Shown here one piece after another: positions 24,556 through 36,820 of a DNA stretch of 64,000 bases (position 1 is the stretch's first letter; every line of letters begins with the position of its first letter). A program made the translations under genes and the position numbers. Where the stretch lies: contig OX597825.1 of assembly GCA_951406725.2 (NCBI GenBank), positions 67,766,001 through 67,830,000 of the forward strand, in the 5' to 3' direction. The stretch comes from Octopus vulgaris (lineage: Eukaryota). Under the pieces are notes generated by a model, which saw nothing but the letters and a program-made list of their open reading frames with translations, made no database searches and was not told the DNA's origin.

Positions 24556-24933
24556 ACGTGCAACCTTATAGATCGAAAGGAATAACTGAAAAAAAAATTG
24601 GTGCATATTATAGCTCAAGTTTCCTTTCACTGGTTCCTACGATTTGAAAGATCTTAGAGCATATAAAAAAACCTGGAGAGTTGTTTTTTTAATTATTTAA
24701 TTACGTTATCTTACATTAAAGCTTACGACCGAATTGTGCAATCCAAGCCAAGTAACCTCTCTATGTCTCACTTCGTCAGAAATTCGTATTAATTTCTGAT
24801 TGAATGAAGTAAATCCATGTCATATGTCTTTGATACATGACAAAGATTTACCAATCATACGAATCTTACGCATAAGATAAACAAACTATCATAACATTGA
24901 CAATATTAAAATGCTAATGATAATCTTAGGATA

Positions 24934-25716
24934 GGCGGCGAGCTGGCAGAAACGTTAGCACGCCGGGCGAAATGCTTAGCGGTATTTCGTCTACCGTTAC
25001 GTTCTGGGTTCAAATTCCGCTGAGGTCGACTTTGCCTTTCATCCTTTCGGGGTCGATAAATTAAGTACCAGTTACGCACTGGGGTCGATATAATCGACTT
25101 AATCCGTTTGTCTGTCCTTGTTTGTCCTCTCTATGTTTAGCCCCTTGTGGGTAGTAAAGAAATAGGTATTTCGTCTGCCGCTACGTTCTGAGTTCAAATT
25201 CCGCCGAGGTCGACTTTGCCTTTCATCCTTTCGGGGTCGATAAATTAAGTACCAGTTATGCACTGGAGTCGATGTAATCGACTTAATCCCTTTGTCTGTC
25301 CTTGTTTGTCCCCTCTATGTTTAGCCCCTTGTGGGTAGTAAAGAAATAGGTATTTCGTCTGCCGCTAAGTTCTGAGTTCAAATTCCGCCGAGGTCGACTT
25401 TGTCTTTCATCCTTTCGGGGTCGATAAATTAAGTACCAGTTATGCACTGGGGTCGATGTAATCGACTTAATCCCTTTGTCTGTCCTTGTTTGTCCCCTCT
25501 ATGTTTAGCCCCTTGTGGGTAGTAAAGAAATAGGTATTTCGTCTGCCGCTACGTTCTGAGTTCAAATTCCTTCGAGGTCGACTTTGCCTTTCATCCTTTC
25601 GGGGTCGATAAATTAAGTACCAGTTATGCACTGGAGTCGATGTAATCGACTTAATCCCTTTGTCTGTCCTTGTTTGTCCCCTCTATGTTTAGCCCCTTGT
25701 GGGTAGCTAAAAATAA
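24934..25716 (+). mobile_element. SINE family B concatemer: one 47-bp head plus four 184-bp units, single TSD
   Basis: Units start at 24981, 25165, 25349 and 25533; TSD gataatcttagga at 24919-24931 and 25717-25729. Confidence 0.93.
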
Positions 25717-26383
25717 GATAATCTTAGGAATTCTGTAACGTAGACACAAGGTTTAGTTGCGATGGAAAGGTGTCGGCGACTGAACCTTCCTGAATATTGC
25801 AATATTACCGACTGCAAAATATATTTGACACCGGTTAGATTAGATCAGAAAATGTGGGAAACCGAGATTAACACTGAAAAGCATTTGATTTGGCGTTTAA
25901 ATTATGTTAAGCCTAATAGCATATGTACCAAGATTGGTGCATTCGTTTATTTTTTCTTTTAGCAGATTCAATTATTGAACTGCGACCATGCTCGGCACTT
26001 CCTTTGAAAATTTTACTCAATTATAACCAGTTCAGTATTTTATCTGAGTTATTTCATCGTTTTCTAGAGAAATAATGTAAATTAGGCTAAATATTTCTTA
26101 CGTTGTTTCATTTCATCGAAGAATCACTTTACAGAGTGAATTTTATCGTGACACTAACACGCTGGAGGATGCTTTGTCACCTGCAAGAACCCTCTCAAAG
26201 TTTTCTCCTTTCTTTCAAGCCAAACGTAACCGACAGTGTAAATAGAAGACAGTGATGAAGAAAGGCGTGAAGGAAGAGAATATATAAGGATGAATTCGAT
26301 AAGAAAATCAGAGTGACAGTGTGATAAGAGAGGGGATAATTAGACCTGTCAGTTGCTGGTAAGAAGATTCAATACGAAAGATC

Positions 26384-26753
<370 letters not shown>

Positions 26754-26831
26754 GTATGTCTGTGTTAAATAAAATGAGACAACAAAACCAAGGTTGTGTG
26801 GAATTTATGGGACATTTATAAAGAAAAGGTA

Positions 26832-26879
26832 GTCTTACAGCTGTTTCTGGGGTATTAGGGATATTCCTTCATCAGAGAC
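26832..26879 (-). ncRNA. Minimal type I hammerhead ribozyme motif with canonical core
   Basis: GTCT CTGATGA AGGAATATCCCTAATACCCCA GAAAC AGCT GTA AGAC: stem I GTCT/AGAC, CUGAUGA, GAAA, palindromic stem III ACAGCTGT, GUA site. Stem II is imperfect. Confidence 0.75.
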
Positions 26880-27315
26880 CATATGGAAGAGTTAACTAGA
26901 GGGAAATAGTAGAGTTCAATATAAGGAATTATTTTGGAAAACGGTGGATATGGGAAGTATAAAAGGAAATAAGAGCATAAAAATAAAAGTAAAAATATAA
27001 AAAGTACATGCTCAAAATTTCATTCACACCACAAAACCCCTTTGAATGACCAGCACTTGGAACTTATGTCTCCACACTATCTACTTGTAATAACAAAATA
27101 TGAACTATCGGAATCTACATACCATGGACAAGAAGCATTTCTTCCCATTCTACACAACACTTTCCTTGGATAATGGAACTGCAACTGTGACATCATACAT
27201 ATATTTTTATTTTTATATTTTTACTTTTATTTTTATTCTCTTATTTCCCTTTATTTTCCAAAATAACTTCTTATATTGAACTCTGCTACTTCCCTCTAGT
27301 TAACTTTCTCGTATC

Positions 27316-27364
27316 GTCTCTGATGAAGGAATATCCCTAATATCCCAGAAACAGTTGTAGTACT
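27316..27364 (+). ncRNA. Second-arm copy of the same hammerhead motif, mutated
   Basis: GTCT CTGATGA AGGAATATCCCTAATATCCCA GAAAC AGTT GTA GTACT; substitutions in stems I and III. Confidence 0.6.
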
Positions 27365-27914
27365 ACCTTTCTCTTTATAAATGTCCTAAAAATTCCAAAC
27401 AGCTTTGGTTTTGTAGTCTCATCTTATTTAACATATACACGCCCACACAAGACCCACATCGTATTATTGTCGAACCGAGAGTCTAACTACGGCCCTCTCG
27501 TAGCACTTACATAGCCTTACCTGCCATCTTGGGTCTTCTGGATACCAATATCTCTCATATATGTGTGTGTGTGTGTGCGTGTGTATGTATGTATGTATGT
27601 ATGTATGTATGTATGTATGTATGTATGTATGTATGTATGTATAGTCAAATCGAACATTAAAAATAACAAATAACAAAACAACAAGAGCATACATATGGAA
27701 TGTATTAGCGTGCGGCACGGTAAATGTGGGGGAAAGAGTGTGTTTTTTACGTTTCGTCAGAGAGAGGAGAAACGAAAGGTTTAGAGAAGGAAAAGTCCAA
27801 GATAAACACGCATCTGGTTACATGGTGGAAGTGAACTTAGCGTCGGTTTTGACAATGAGCATCATTTTGACAATGTTTTTATGATGGAATATTATATTAT
27901 GATGCTAGTTGCAA

Positions 27915-28340
27915 GGCGGCGAGCTGGCAGAAACATTAGCACATTGGGCGAAATGCTTAGCAGTATTTCGTCTGCCGTTACGTTCTGAGTTCAAATTCCG
28001 CTGAGGTCGTCCTTACTTTCGTCCTTTCGGGGTCTATAAATGAAGTACCAGTTACGCACCGGGGTCGATGTAATCGACTTAATCCCTTTGTCTGTCCTTA
28101 TTTGTCCCCTCTATGTTTAGCCCCTTGTGGGCAATAAAGAAATAAAAAAAACATTAGCATGTTGGGCGAAACGCTTAGTGGTATTTCTTTACGTTCTGAG
28201 TTCAAATTCTACCGAGGTCGACTTTGCCTTTCATCCTTTCGGTGACGCTAAATCAAGTACCAGTTGTGTACTGATTTCGATCTAATCGTCTAGCCTCCTG
28301 CCCCAAAATTCCGGCTCTTGTGCCTAGAATAGAAAAGATT
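27915..28340 (+). mobile_element. Young SINE B followed by (or nested in) an older B copy
   Basis: Full copy ends ...aaagaaata, then sequence resumes at aaacattagca within the head and ends with the alternative tail. Confidence 0.8.
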
Positions 28341-29544
28341 ATAATGTTTGTGGCGGAGTATTACGCATACAGCCGGGATGTGGCTGTGTTACAAAAGGGT
28401 TTTATCTTTAAATTACTTGTGCAAGCAACCGACGTTTCCATGCTGTTTTCGTTTATTAAATTTCCTTTACAAAACTTGAATTTGTCCAGAACTATGCCAG
28501 ATAGAACTTATACAAAATGCCAGGCGGTGGGATGGAACTTTGGACTTCAGGATTGCGATGCAAAAGTCTTAACAATTTATAACCATACATATATCCACAA
28601 GCAATTAAGAAATGTAGATATTTTTAGAGAATGTTTTTGTCATTTTAATCTTCTTTTTTTTTTTTTTGTTTTATTGAACACCATTATAGAATAATATTTG
28701 CTTCGATTTTCAATATCAAGCGTCTAATTTGTAGATTTTCCTTTTCTTGGAGGAGCGAATTATTATTTAAAATGCGATAGCTAATTACGTAATTATTAAT
28801 TATGTTATGTAATTACGCATTTCAAATCCTTTGAATATTATATAATTTTATTAAAATATAGTTAAGACTACAACTTATATTATCACGAATCTTTTGAATG
28901 AGAGTGTCTGTGTTTGTTTGTTTTTTTTCTGTATTTTTGCGGGGGTTTTTTTTATTCTCATCTCTGCCGAATGGAAATTAAATGTCATTCCCACATCAAA
29001 CAACATTTTGTCAGTCAGTCGATTTTTTTTTCTATTGCTTCAGCAAAAGAAAGAAATAAGAGTGTTTGTTTTGACCGATAATGGGTTTCGGTAGTGACAA
29101 TTCTAGAGAAATTTGTAACTAATAGCTTTACTCCTCAATCAACATTATTGCAGACATCGTAAATAGTCTTGTATAAAGCATTTCATTCTATTCAAAGACA
29201 GAAGAATCTATTAATCTTTATTTATTTAGTTTGGGTTGTTTCTTTAGTAGCATTATCGAATTCTATAGTCGAAGCGGCGAAATATGCAAGGGCTTCGCTG
29301 TCAAAGAACGATTTTCAATTTTAGATGTGCTGAATGAAAACATTCTCAATTATGCCATAAATCTATAGATTCAGAAAGCCAGTACTAAAGATGACAAACA
29401 AAGAAACCCACGGACTCAATCTACTGAATTATTCAATAAGGTGACTTTTGCTCGAGAATGTAATTAATAAGCTACTGCAGTTTATCGACGTCCTCCGGTA
29501 AATACTAACTACGAAACCTCTTTACTCGATAATATTATTTTCAG

Positions 29545-30312
29545 GTGTTGACATAAGGCCAGCATGTACGGAGAAGCGAGTAAGTCGATTACATCGACTC
29601 CAGTGTTCAACTGGTATTTATTTTATCGACACCGAAAGGATAAAAGGCAAAGTCGACCCATCTAGGCCGAATTTGAACTCAGAACTTAAAGACGGACAAA
29701 ATGCCACTAAGCATTTTATCCATGCTAACAATTTCTTATTTCTTTATTGCCCACAAGGGGCTAAACATAGAGGGGACAAACGAGGACAGACAAAGGGATT
29801 AAGTCGATTACATCGACTCCAGTCCGTACCCCGAAGGGATGAAAGGCAAAGTCGACCTCGGCGGAATTTGAACTCAGAACGTAACAGCAGACGAAATACC
29901 TATTTCTTTACTACCCACAAGGGGCTAAACACAGAGGGAGCAAACAAGGACAGACAAACGGATTAAGTCGATTACATAGACCCCAGTGCGTAACTGATAC
30001 TTATTTAATCGACCCCGAAAGGATGAAAAGCAACGTCGATCTCGGCGGAAATTGAACTCAGAACGTTGCGGCAGACGAAATACCTATTTCTTTACTACTC
30101 ACAAGGGGCCAAACACAGAGAGGACAAACAAGGACAGACAAACGGATTAAGTCGATTAAATCGACCCCAGTGGGTAACTGGTACTTAATTTATCGACCCC
30201 GAAAGGATGAAAGGCAAAGTCGACCTCGGCGGAATTTGAACTCAGAACGTAAAGACAGAAGAATCACCGCTAAGAATTTCGCCCGGCGTGCTAACGTTTC
30301 TGCCAGCTCGCC
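29545..30312 (-). mobile_element. SINE B trimer joined to an older B copy
   Basis: Head at 30312; gacgaaatacc|tatttc junctions at ~30084 and ~29900; older copy at 29545-29733. Confidence 0.85.
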
Positions 30313-30649
30313 ATATTTAATGTTATTAAATATTAGTTGGTGTTAAGGATTATGTTCCGTTGTATACTTTCTTGTTTTCTAGCCGAAACTTGCTTAACAT
30401 AATTTCATTTCCTTGTTGCCTATGTTACTGGTATCGTTTTCCTTGATATTTATTGTCTGCATTTTAGGTTTTTAATTTTTATGTCAATGATTTAATATAA
30501 CATGACTGTTTGCTTTCTTGACACATGCAAGTAATGACATCGAATCTGAACGTGAAGGATAAAATATCGTGTGCCAAAATAAACACAGAATTAGGTGTGC
30601 AACCTATACACGAGTAAACACAGACACACACACACACACAAACACACAA

Positions 30650-30717
<68 letters not shown>

Positions 30718-30718
<1 letters not shown>

Positions 30719-31184
30719 AATCAATATAGGGTAGCAAAAAATTCAATAGAAATTTATCGCCACCAGCGGTCTAGTGAGAAAGAGAAAATAGTCATAGACT
30801 ATATATATAAATTCAACAACAATTGAGGAATGGCCTTAATAGGCCATTCGACCCACTAGAAAGAGCAGCCAGGACTCAAACCGCCAAGTAGTAGTAATTC
30901 AGAAATTAGAGAAAATTTAAAACGTGTATATCCGTCCCTCCTGGCCTCTTTACCGACGAGGTGTAGCCTTTGGTGGATTGACTTAATTTAATTTAATTAA
31001 GCTGGTTTGCCATTAAAAACACCGAAACAATGCATTGTCTAAAGATGATTTAGGGTAAATGTTTTTAAATTTTCTCTAATTTCTGAATTACTACTACTTG
31101 GCGGTTTGAGTCCTGGCTGCTCTTTCTAGTGGGTCGAATGGCCTATTAAGGCCATTCCTCAATTGTTATTGAATTTATATATAT
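30718..31184. mobile_element. Fold-back PLE-type element in (TA)n with an HHR in the loop
   Basis: Near-perfect ~123-bp arms 30801-30923 and 31061-31184; ~80-bp extension outside the left arm. Confidence 0.85.
30947..31045 (+). ncRNA. Type I hammerhead motif with long stem II and GUC site
   Basis: TCTTTA CCGACGA GGTG...CACC GAAAC AATGCATT GTC TAAAGA: 6-bp stem I, GGTG/CACC closing stem II, 12-nt palindrome ACAATGCATTGT, GUC triplet. Only U4>C departs from the consensus core. Confidence 0.75.
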
Positions 31185-31206
31185 ATATATATAATATATA
31201 AATATA

Positions 31207-31490
31207 TTGTCCGTTTTTTTCCGTCCTTGTTTTTGTATACATTCGCTGCTTTCTTCCAAGAAATCTAATACTCTTAGCTTAGTTTTTCCTTGGGGCTGGC
31301 CAGATTGGAGCAATCTCATGAATAATCAACCGAAATTGCGAGGATAATCTGGTGCTTGACTGAAGAAAGGAAACTTCGAATGACCCGTCTTTGTTTTCTT
31401 TGTATCGTCTATCTGGATGTTTTGCTGTCCCTTTATGTATCACCTGGTTGTCCGGATGTTTTGCGTTCTTGTCCCATTTTGTACTTTATA
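31207..31490 (+). mobile_element. Family X repeat, partial
   Basis: Aligns with 23275-23510. Confidence 0.8.
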
Positions 31491-31527
31491 TATATAGTGA
31501 CGCACGTACACTTTGTTCTCTAATACC

Positions 31528-31577
<50 letters not shown>

Positions 31578-31811
31578 ATATTTATATGTGTGTATGTGTG
31601 TGTGCGTGTGTGCGTGTGTTTGCTTTTTCGAGTATAGAACAATAAGGATTGACCAGACTACTTTCAATTCTGTGTTGGCTCTTCTCCAACAACTGTTTAA
31701 ACATGCAGATGTGACTAAATATCTATAGATATACTCTGTCGCAATGTGTAGCATCGAAGGAAAGCAATGTTAGGGTACCCATAATTTAGACAGACACACA
31801 CACACACACAC

Positions 31812-31902
<91 letters not shown>

Positions 31903-32539
31903 GTATATATCTGGAATGCTGGTGCTATCAAATTTCACATTTAAATGTCACATCGAAATGTTAGCCCACGATCTCAAATAATACAGAAGATAAAAAGTAC
32001 TATATTCTTATAGACAGATAAGGATCTATATATATGTATATACACAAGCACACAAAGACACGCTGCGTAAAAGACATAATAGGCTACTATCTGTATTTAT
32101 ACAATCATCCAGACTTCTTCAGCCAGTACACTTTCGTTATGCATTCTCTAGAGTACGTTTCTGAGGCAACACCATAAAATAGAATACGCTAGGTTACAGT
32201 ATATATTTTCGTCTTGACACATGCAAAGACGAAACAACTTCATCGTGCTATTCCCCGCAGATCAACTCTGATATTTTAATCTGGTGAAAAACGCTGTTAC
32301 GTTGATAATGGAATGTGGGTTGGGTGTTCGATTGATAAATTGTCAAAACGAAACATTCTGCATAATAATGAAGATTTAAAAGGTTACAGCCACCACGATG
32401 ACACACACAAACACACAGGTCCACATATGCATTATGCATATGTGTGTGTATGTGTGGGTATGTGTGTGTACGCGTATATGTGTATGTGGTGAGGTGTATA
32501 CACTTTTATATAGGTATATAAAATAGATAGACAGATAGT

Positions 32540-32582
<43 letters not shown>

Positions 32583-32623
32583 TTATAGATAGATAGCTAG
32601 TTATAGATAGATAGACAGACAGG

Positions 32624-32712
<89 letters not shown>

Positions 32713-32964
32713 GCACATATATACAAATGGATTATAAAAATAAATCTATAATAACATCTTATGACTGCTTAAAAATATTGCAGAAAAATCGAAAAAGAAA
32801 TACAAGGTAGGTAGATAAGAGTTTAGAATAAAAAGAAATTCTATCAAAATAATTACATAACACGAATAGAATCATCATCTTAAAAGCGCTTACTTGTAAA
32901 ATGAAATTTTTTCCCAATAATAAAAAAAATGAAAAATAATAGTAAAATTATTTTTCTTTTTTTC

Positions 32965-33022
<58 letters not shown>

Positions 33023-33624
33023 ATGACCCATGGCCAAGGATGGCAAAGAAACTAACTGAATTTATCACGATTTAAGAGAAGACATAAATAAGAAAAAAAT
33101 AAATGCGTCATGCCAAAATATGATACATAAAAATCTCAGACTGAAGAATTGTGGCGTTTGCAGTTCTTTTAATATTTGTATACGGTTTATATATGTATGT
33201 ATGCTTTGACATCTTATGAAAATGGCTGTAGGCATTTATAAGTGCGTATCAAATATACATATATATATATATAGGATTGATGGGAAGAACGGCTTCTTTT
33301 TTAGACATGCATTAAATTACTACTGCACTGTATTTTCATCGTTTTTACCAAGATATTATTTTCGTACTTCGTAGAAGTTCCTTAGAGATTGTTTTGAAAC
33401 AATAAAGTTCGTAAATCAAACATCAATATTTTTAGTCCTTTCTCGTCCCATCTACAGAATGAAGTTTTGCTGGTGTATGCTGTTTCTTCTTTATATTAAG
33501 CAAAAGATAGTGCAAGTATGCCTATATATAAATATACATAATACACAATTATATAATATATATATATGTATATAATATATGTGCATATATCTAATAAATG
33601 TATACATATGAAAATACATATGCA

Positions 33625-33835
33625 TGTATAGTTCAAATTTACAGAAAACAAAAGACGAAAACAGGTGACGGAACAACATGCAGGTGTATTAGTTTGACGC
33701 TCAGGAAGAATAGAAAAGTGTTTGACGTTTCGAGCCAACGCTCTTCGATGAAAAAGATTCAGAGGGGAAAAATAAGAAAGAACGAAAAAAAACGGAGATA
33801 GAAAAAACATGAGTAGGGATTAATGGTTCAACATG
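33625..33835 (-). mobile_element. PLE pLTR-like short element with degenerate HHR
   Basis: Minus strand ...GAAGAGC gttg GCTC GAAAC GTC AAAC at ~33720-33755; homologous to 56915. Confidence 0.65.
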
Positions 33836-34039
33836 ATATATATATTCCTAGTGTATCTTTGTTGTGTTTCGTGGTTCCTTTTCTATGTTGATATTCTTGC
33901 TAAACGAATTTGTTTCAACTCAGTCATTGAAATGGTCAGGTCTAGTAAGATTTCTTCGTTATCGCAGGATTACTCCTCAGCTAGACACTACTGTCTGCTG
34001 AACTACCTTCTTTTCCACTGCATTACCACAAGTAATACT

Positions 34040-34470
34040 GATTTCTAATTTTGCCACAAGGCCAGCAATTTGGGGTGGGGGAGTGGGTAAGTCGGTTACA
34101 TCGGTCCCAGTGTTCAACTGGTACTTATTTTATCGACCTCGAAAGGATAAAAGACAAAGTCAACCTTATAATTTAAACTCAGAACGTGAAGACGGACAAA
34201 ATGCCGTTAAGCATTTGGCCCGGCGCGCTAACGATTCTACCAGATCACCCCTTTATAATATTGGTTTCATTTTTTTGACATAAGGCCAGCAAATTCTGGG
34301 GGAGGGGTAAGCCGATTACATCGATCCTGGTACTTGGCTTGTACTTATTTTATCGACTATGAAAGGATAAAATGCGAAGTCGACCTCGTCGGAATTTGAA
34401 CTCAGTCTTTAAGACGGACGAAAAGCTGTTAAGAATTTTGTCTGGCATGTTAGCGATTCTGTCAGCACGC
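34040..34470 (-). mobile_element. Two tandem older SINE B monomers
   Basis: Two diverged copies at ~34045-34250 and ~34275-34470, both with the alternative tail. Confidence 0.75.
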
Positions 34471-36607
34471 CTCATAATATCAAACTCGTTTGGGCATTAG
34501 ATAAATGCCACTTGATGAAGAAACCGTATTTCATCCGAAAAATCTCTGGAATAATGTTACTCAAAAGAGAGTAGTTCGCAGTTTTGAGTCTCTCCATATC
34601 AAGTCGCTTCTTCTCTGAACTGAGAAGTCACAGCTCTGGTGCTACGAATTAGAATGTCGCAAAAATGGGTTCTTCAAGCCGAGCCAATCTGCAGGAGACG
34701 AAGGATTAGACTAAGAACGAGATGTTTGGATAGTAACCATAGTTTCAATTGGTCGTGCTTGGGAGTCGAGTCGAGAAATCAAATGATGGTTGCTTGTGAA
34801 GAAGGTAACTGGGGCTCTACACTCACAACAACCCCAGGAGTAGTCGGAAGAGAAGATGGCTGGGTGGATATTCAATTTGGGTTCTTTTAAGTGTTACAAA
34901 ACATGTTTTGTTTTACAGGATGTTTTTATTCCTTTTCTCTAGCTAAGGAAAAACTAACTCAACAACAGTATTACTCATTCACACACATTCACACATTTTC
35001 ATCAATCCTGACAAATGATTCACGGAGTACTTTCACTTACCGAGCCTTTGTCACGTGCCATAATTTGTTGAAAATAATCAATGCGGCCAATATGATTCCG
35101 TATGACATCTTCGATTGACTTCGGAAATTTTATGGATTTTTTACTATAATATTTTTAGAACATGAAATCAAATTATTAAACTGGACTTTGATCTGTATTT
35201 ATCAACTTGAGTGTTTTTAAAGTTAACTACATCTCAGTGTATTTCATAAGCTTTAGTGTTTCAATCTGTATAATATATTTCATTTTAATTCTACAATATT
35301 ATAATTTTATTTGTGGGGTGAATGAATTTCCTATATTGTAATATTCGGGAACAATTATAAACTAGAAACCATGCATTTAAAAAGGAAAATGTATACCCGT
35401 TGAGAAACCTAAGGACTGGAGTAGCCAAAAATATCTGCGAGGGAACTGTTTTGAAAAAGAAAGGGAAGTAAAAAGAGACAAAGGTGGTTAATATATTATT
35501 GGGATCTGTTACTTATACACGTTACAAAGGCGGCGTGCTAACCGAATCGTGAGTACGCTAGACAAAATGCTTTATGGCACATTTTACAGGTTCAAATGCC
35601 ACGGTGGTCGACGTTTTCTTTTATCCTTCCGGTGTTGATAGAGTAAGTAGCGGTGAAGTTTATAGTAAAAAGGGTTAATCATTTTTCTTCCTGAATATAA
35701 CCATATTGATTTCAACATACAGCTTCAGATTATAGTTCTTGGAAAACAAATTGAAAATCGAATTTTTTTTCTTTTGACACTAAAATTTGAATGAGAATAG
35801 TTTGTCAATAACTTGCAAATTTTTTTTTAAAAAGCGGTTACTCTGAGATATTTTTGTCGAAAGAATTTTTGAAGTTCGTTTCAGGCGTTTTCTTGAACCT
35901 TGAACCATTGTTATTTTCTATGACTTGCTATTTTATTGAATTGTTTGGCATTCCTTTAGAGTGAATTTGTTATAACGAAAGTTCTTTGTGTATAGAAAAT
36001 AGACTTGGAATCGTAGTTAATGAAGTGAAGTCGTTGTCTGATGCTATTACTTTTATAACGTTCTTAGAAACATTTACGACACTTTAATATCTTTTTGCAG
36101 TTAGTCGATTATATTATAAAGATTATAGCTGCTTTGAAGTAGCATCGATTATTACGAGAATTTTTCTCTACTTTATAAAGGTCCCTTCAGATCTGTTTGA
36201 TATGTTATGCATAGAAAAAGCATTTTAGATACATTAAGCGGAAACGATTCAATGGGACCTAATATATATCAAGAAAAATACTTTGTGCAATGTGTAGTTT
36301 TGGTTATCACGTCTTTGTTCATGTTCGACCGTCAGACATTTCGCAAAAGTTGCTTTGTTTAATCAGTTCCGTATTGGCTCATTTATCCAATCTCTTCTCG
36401 GACAAATTTTTTACTTGTGTTTCGCTAATTCTTCACATTTACTGTTTTCATTACGACCTTCGAGAACACAGACATAGTAAAGGACCTTGATTCAGAAGTT
36501 ATTTCAAGTTGACAATATTCTAAGTCGAGTTATAATTTCAAAATGGTTGTAATGATAATGTTTATCAATTACGCTATTTAACATTCATTTAACATTGTAT
36601 TAGAATT

Positions 36608-36820
36608 GAAGGCGACATGACAGAATCGTTAGCACTCCACACAAAATGCTTAGCGGCATTTCGTCCGCCTTCAGATTCTCAGTTCAAATTCCGCCGAGGT
36701 CGACTTTGCCTTTCATCCCTTCGCGATCGGTAAAATAATATCAGTTGAATACCGGGGTCACTGTAACTGACTTACACATCCGCTGAAATTGCTGGCTCTG
36801 CACCAAAATTTAAAACCAAT
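36608..36820 (+). mobile_element. Older SINE B monomer
   Basis: cagaatcgttagcac...agttcaaattccgccgaggtcgactttgcctttcatcc. Confidence 0.8.

Larger units (their letters stand above)
26761..27555. mobile_element. Fold-back PLE-type element with an HHR in each arm
   Basis: Arms ~26761-27003 and ~27204-27435; extra ~120 bp outside the right arm; microsatellite flanks; HHR shared with the Naiad-type element at 48543. Confidence 0.82.

Noticed and set aside
24981-25716. Regular array resembling a CRISPR or satellite
   Set aside because: No unique spacers and no cas genes; units are SINE B bodies inside one TSD.
33060-33160. Possible GIY-YIG C-terminal KCRH remnant plus CTGAAGA
   Set aside because: Needs a frameshift and rests on very few residues.
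34511-34555. cttgatgaagaaaccgtatttcatccgaaaaatc as a hammerhead
   Set aside because: No convincing stem II closure, stem III or stem I.
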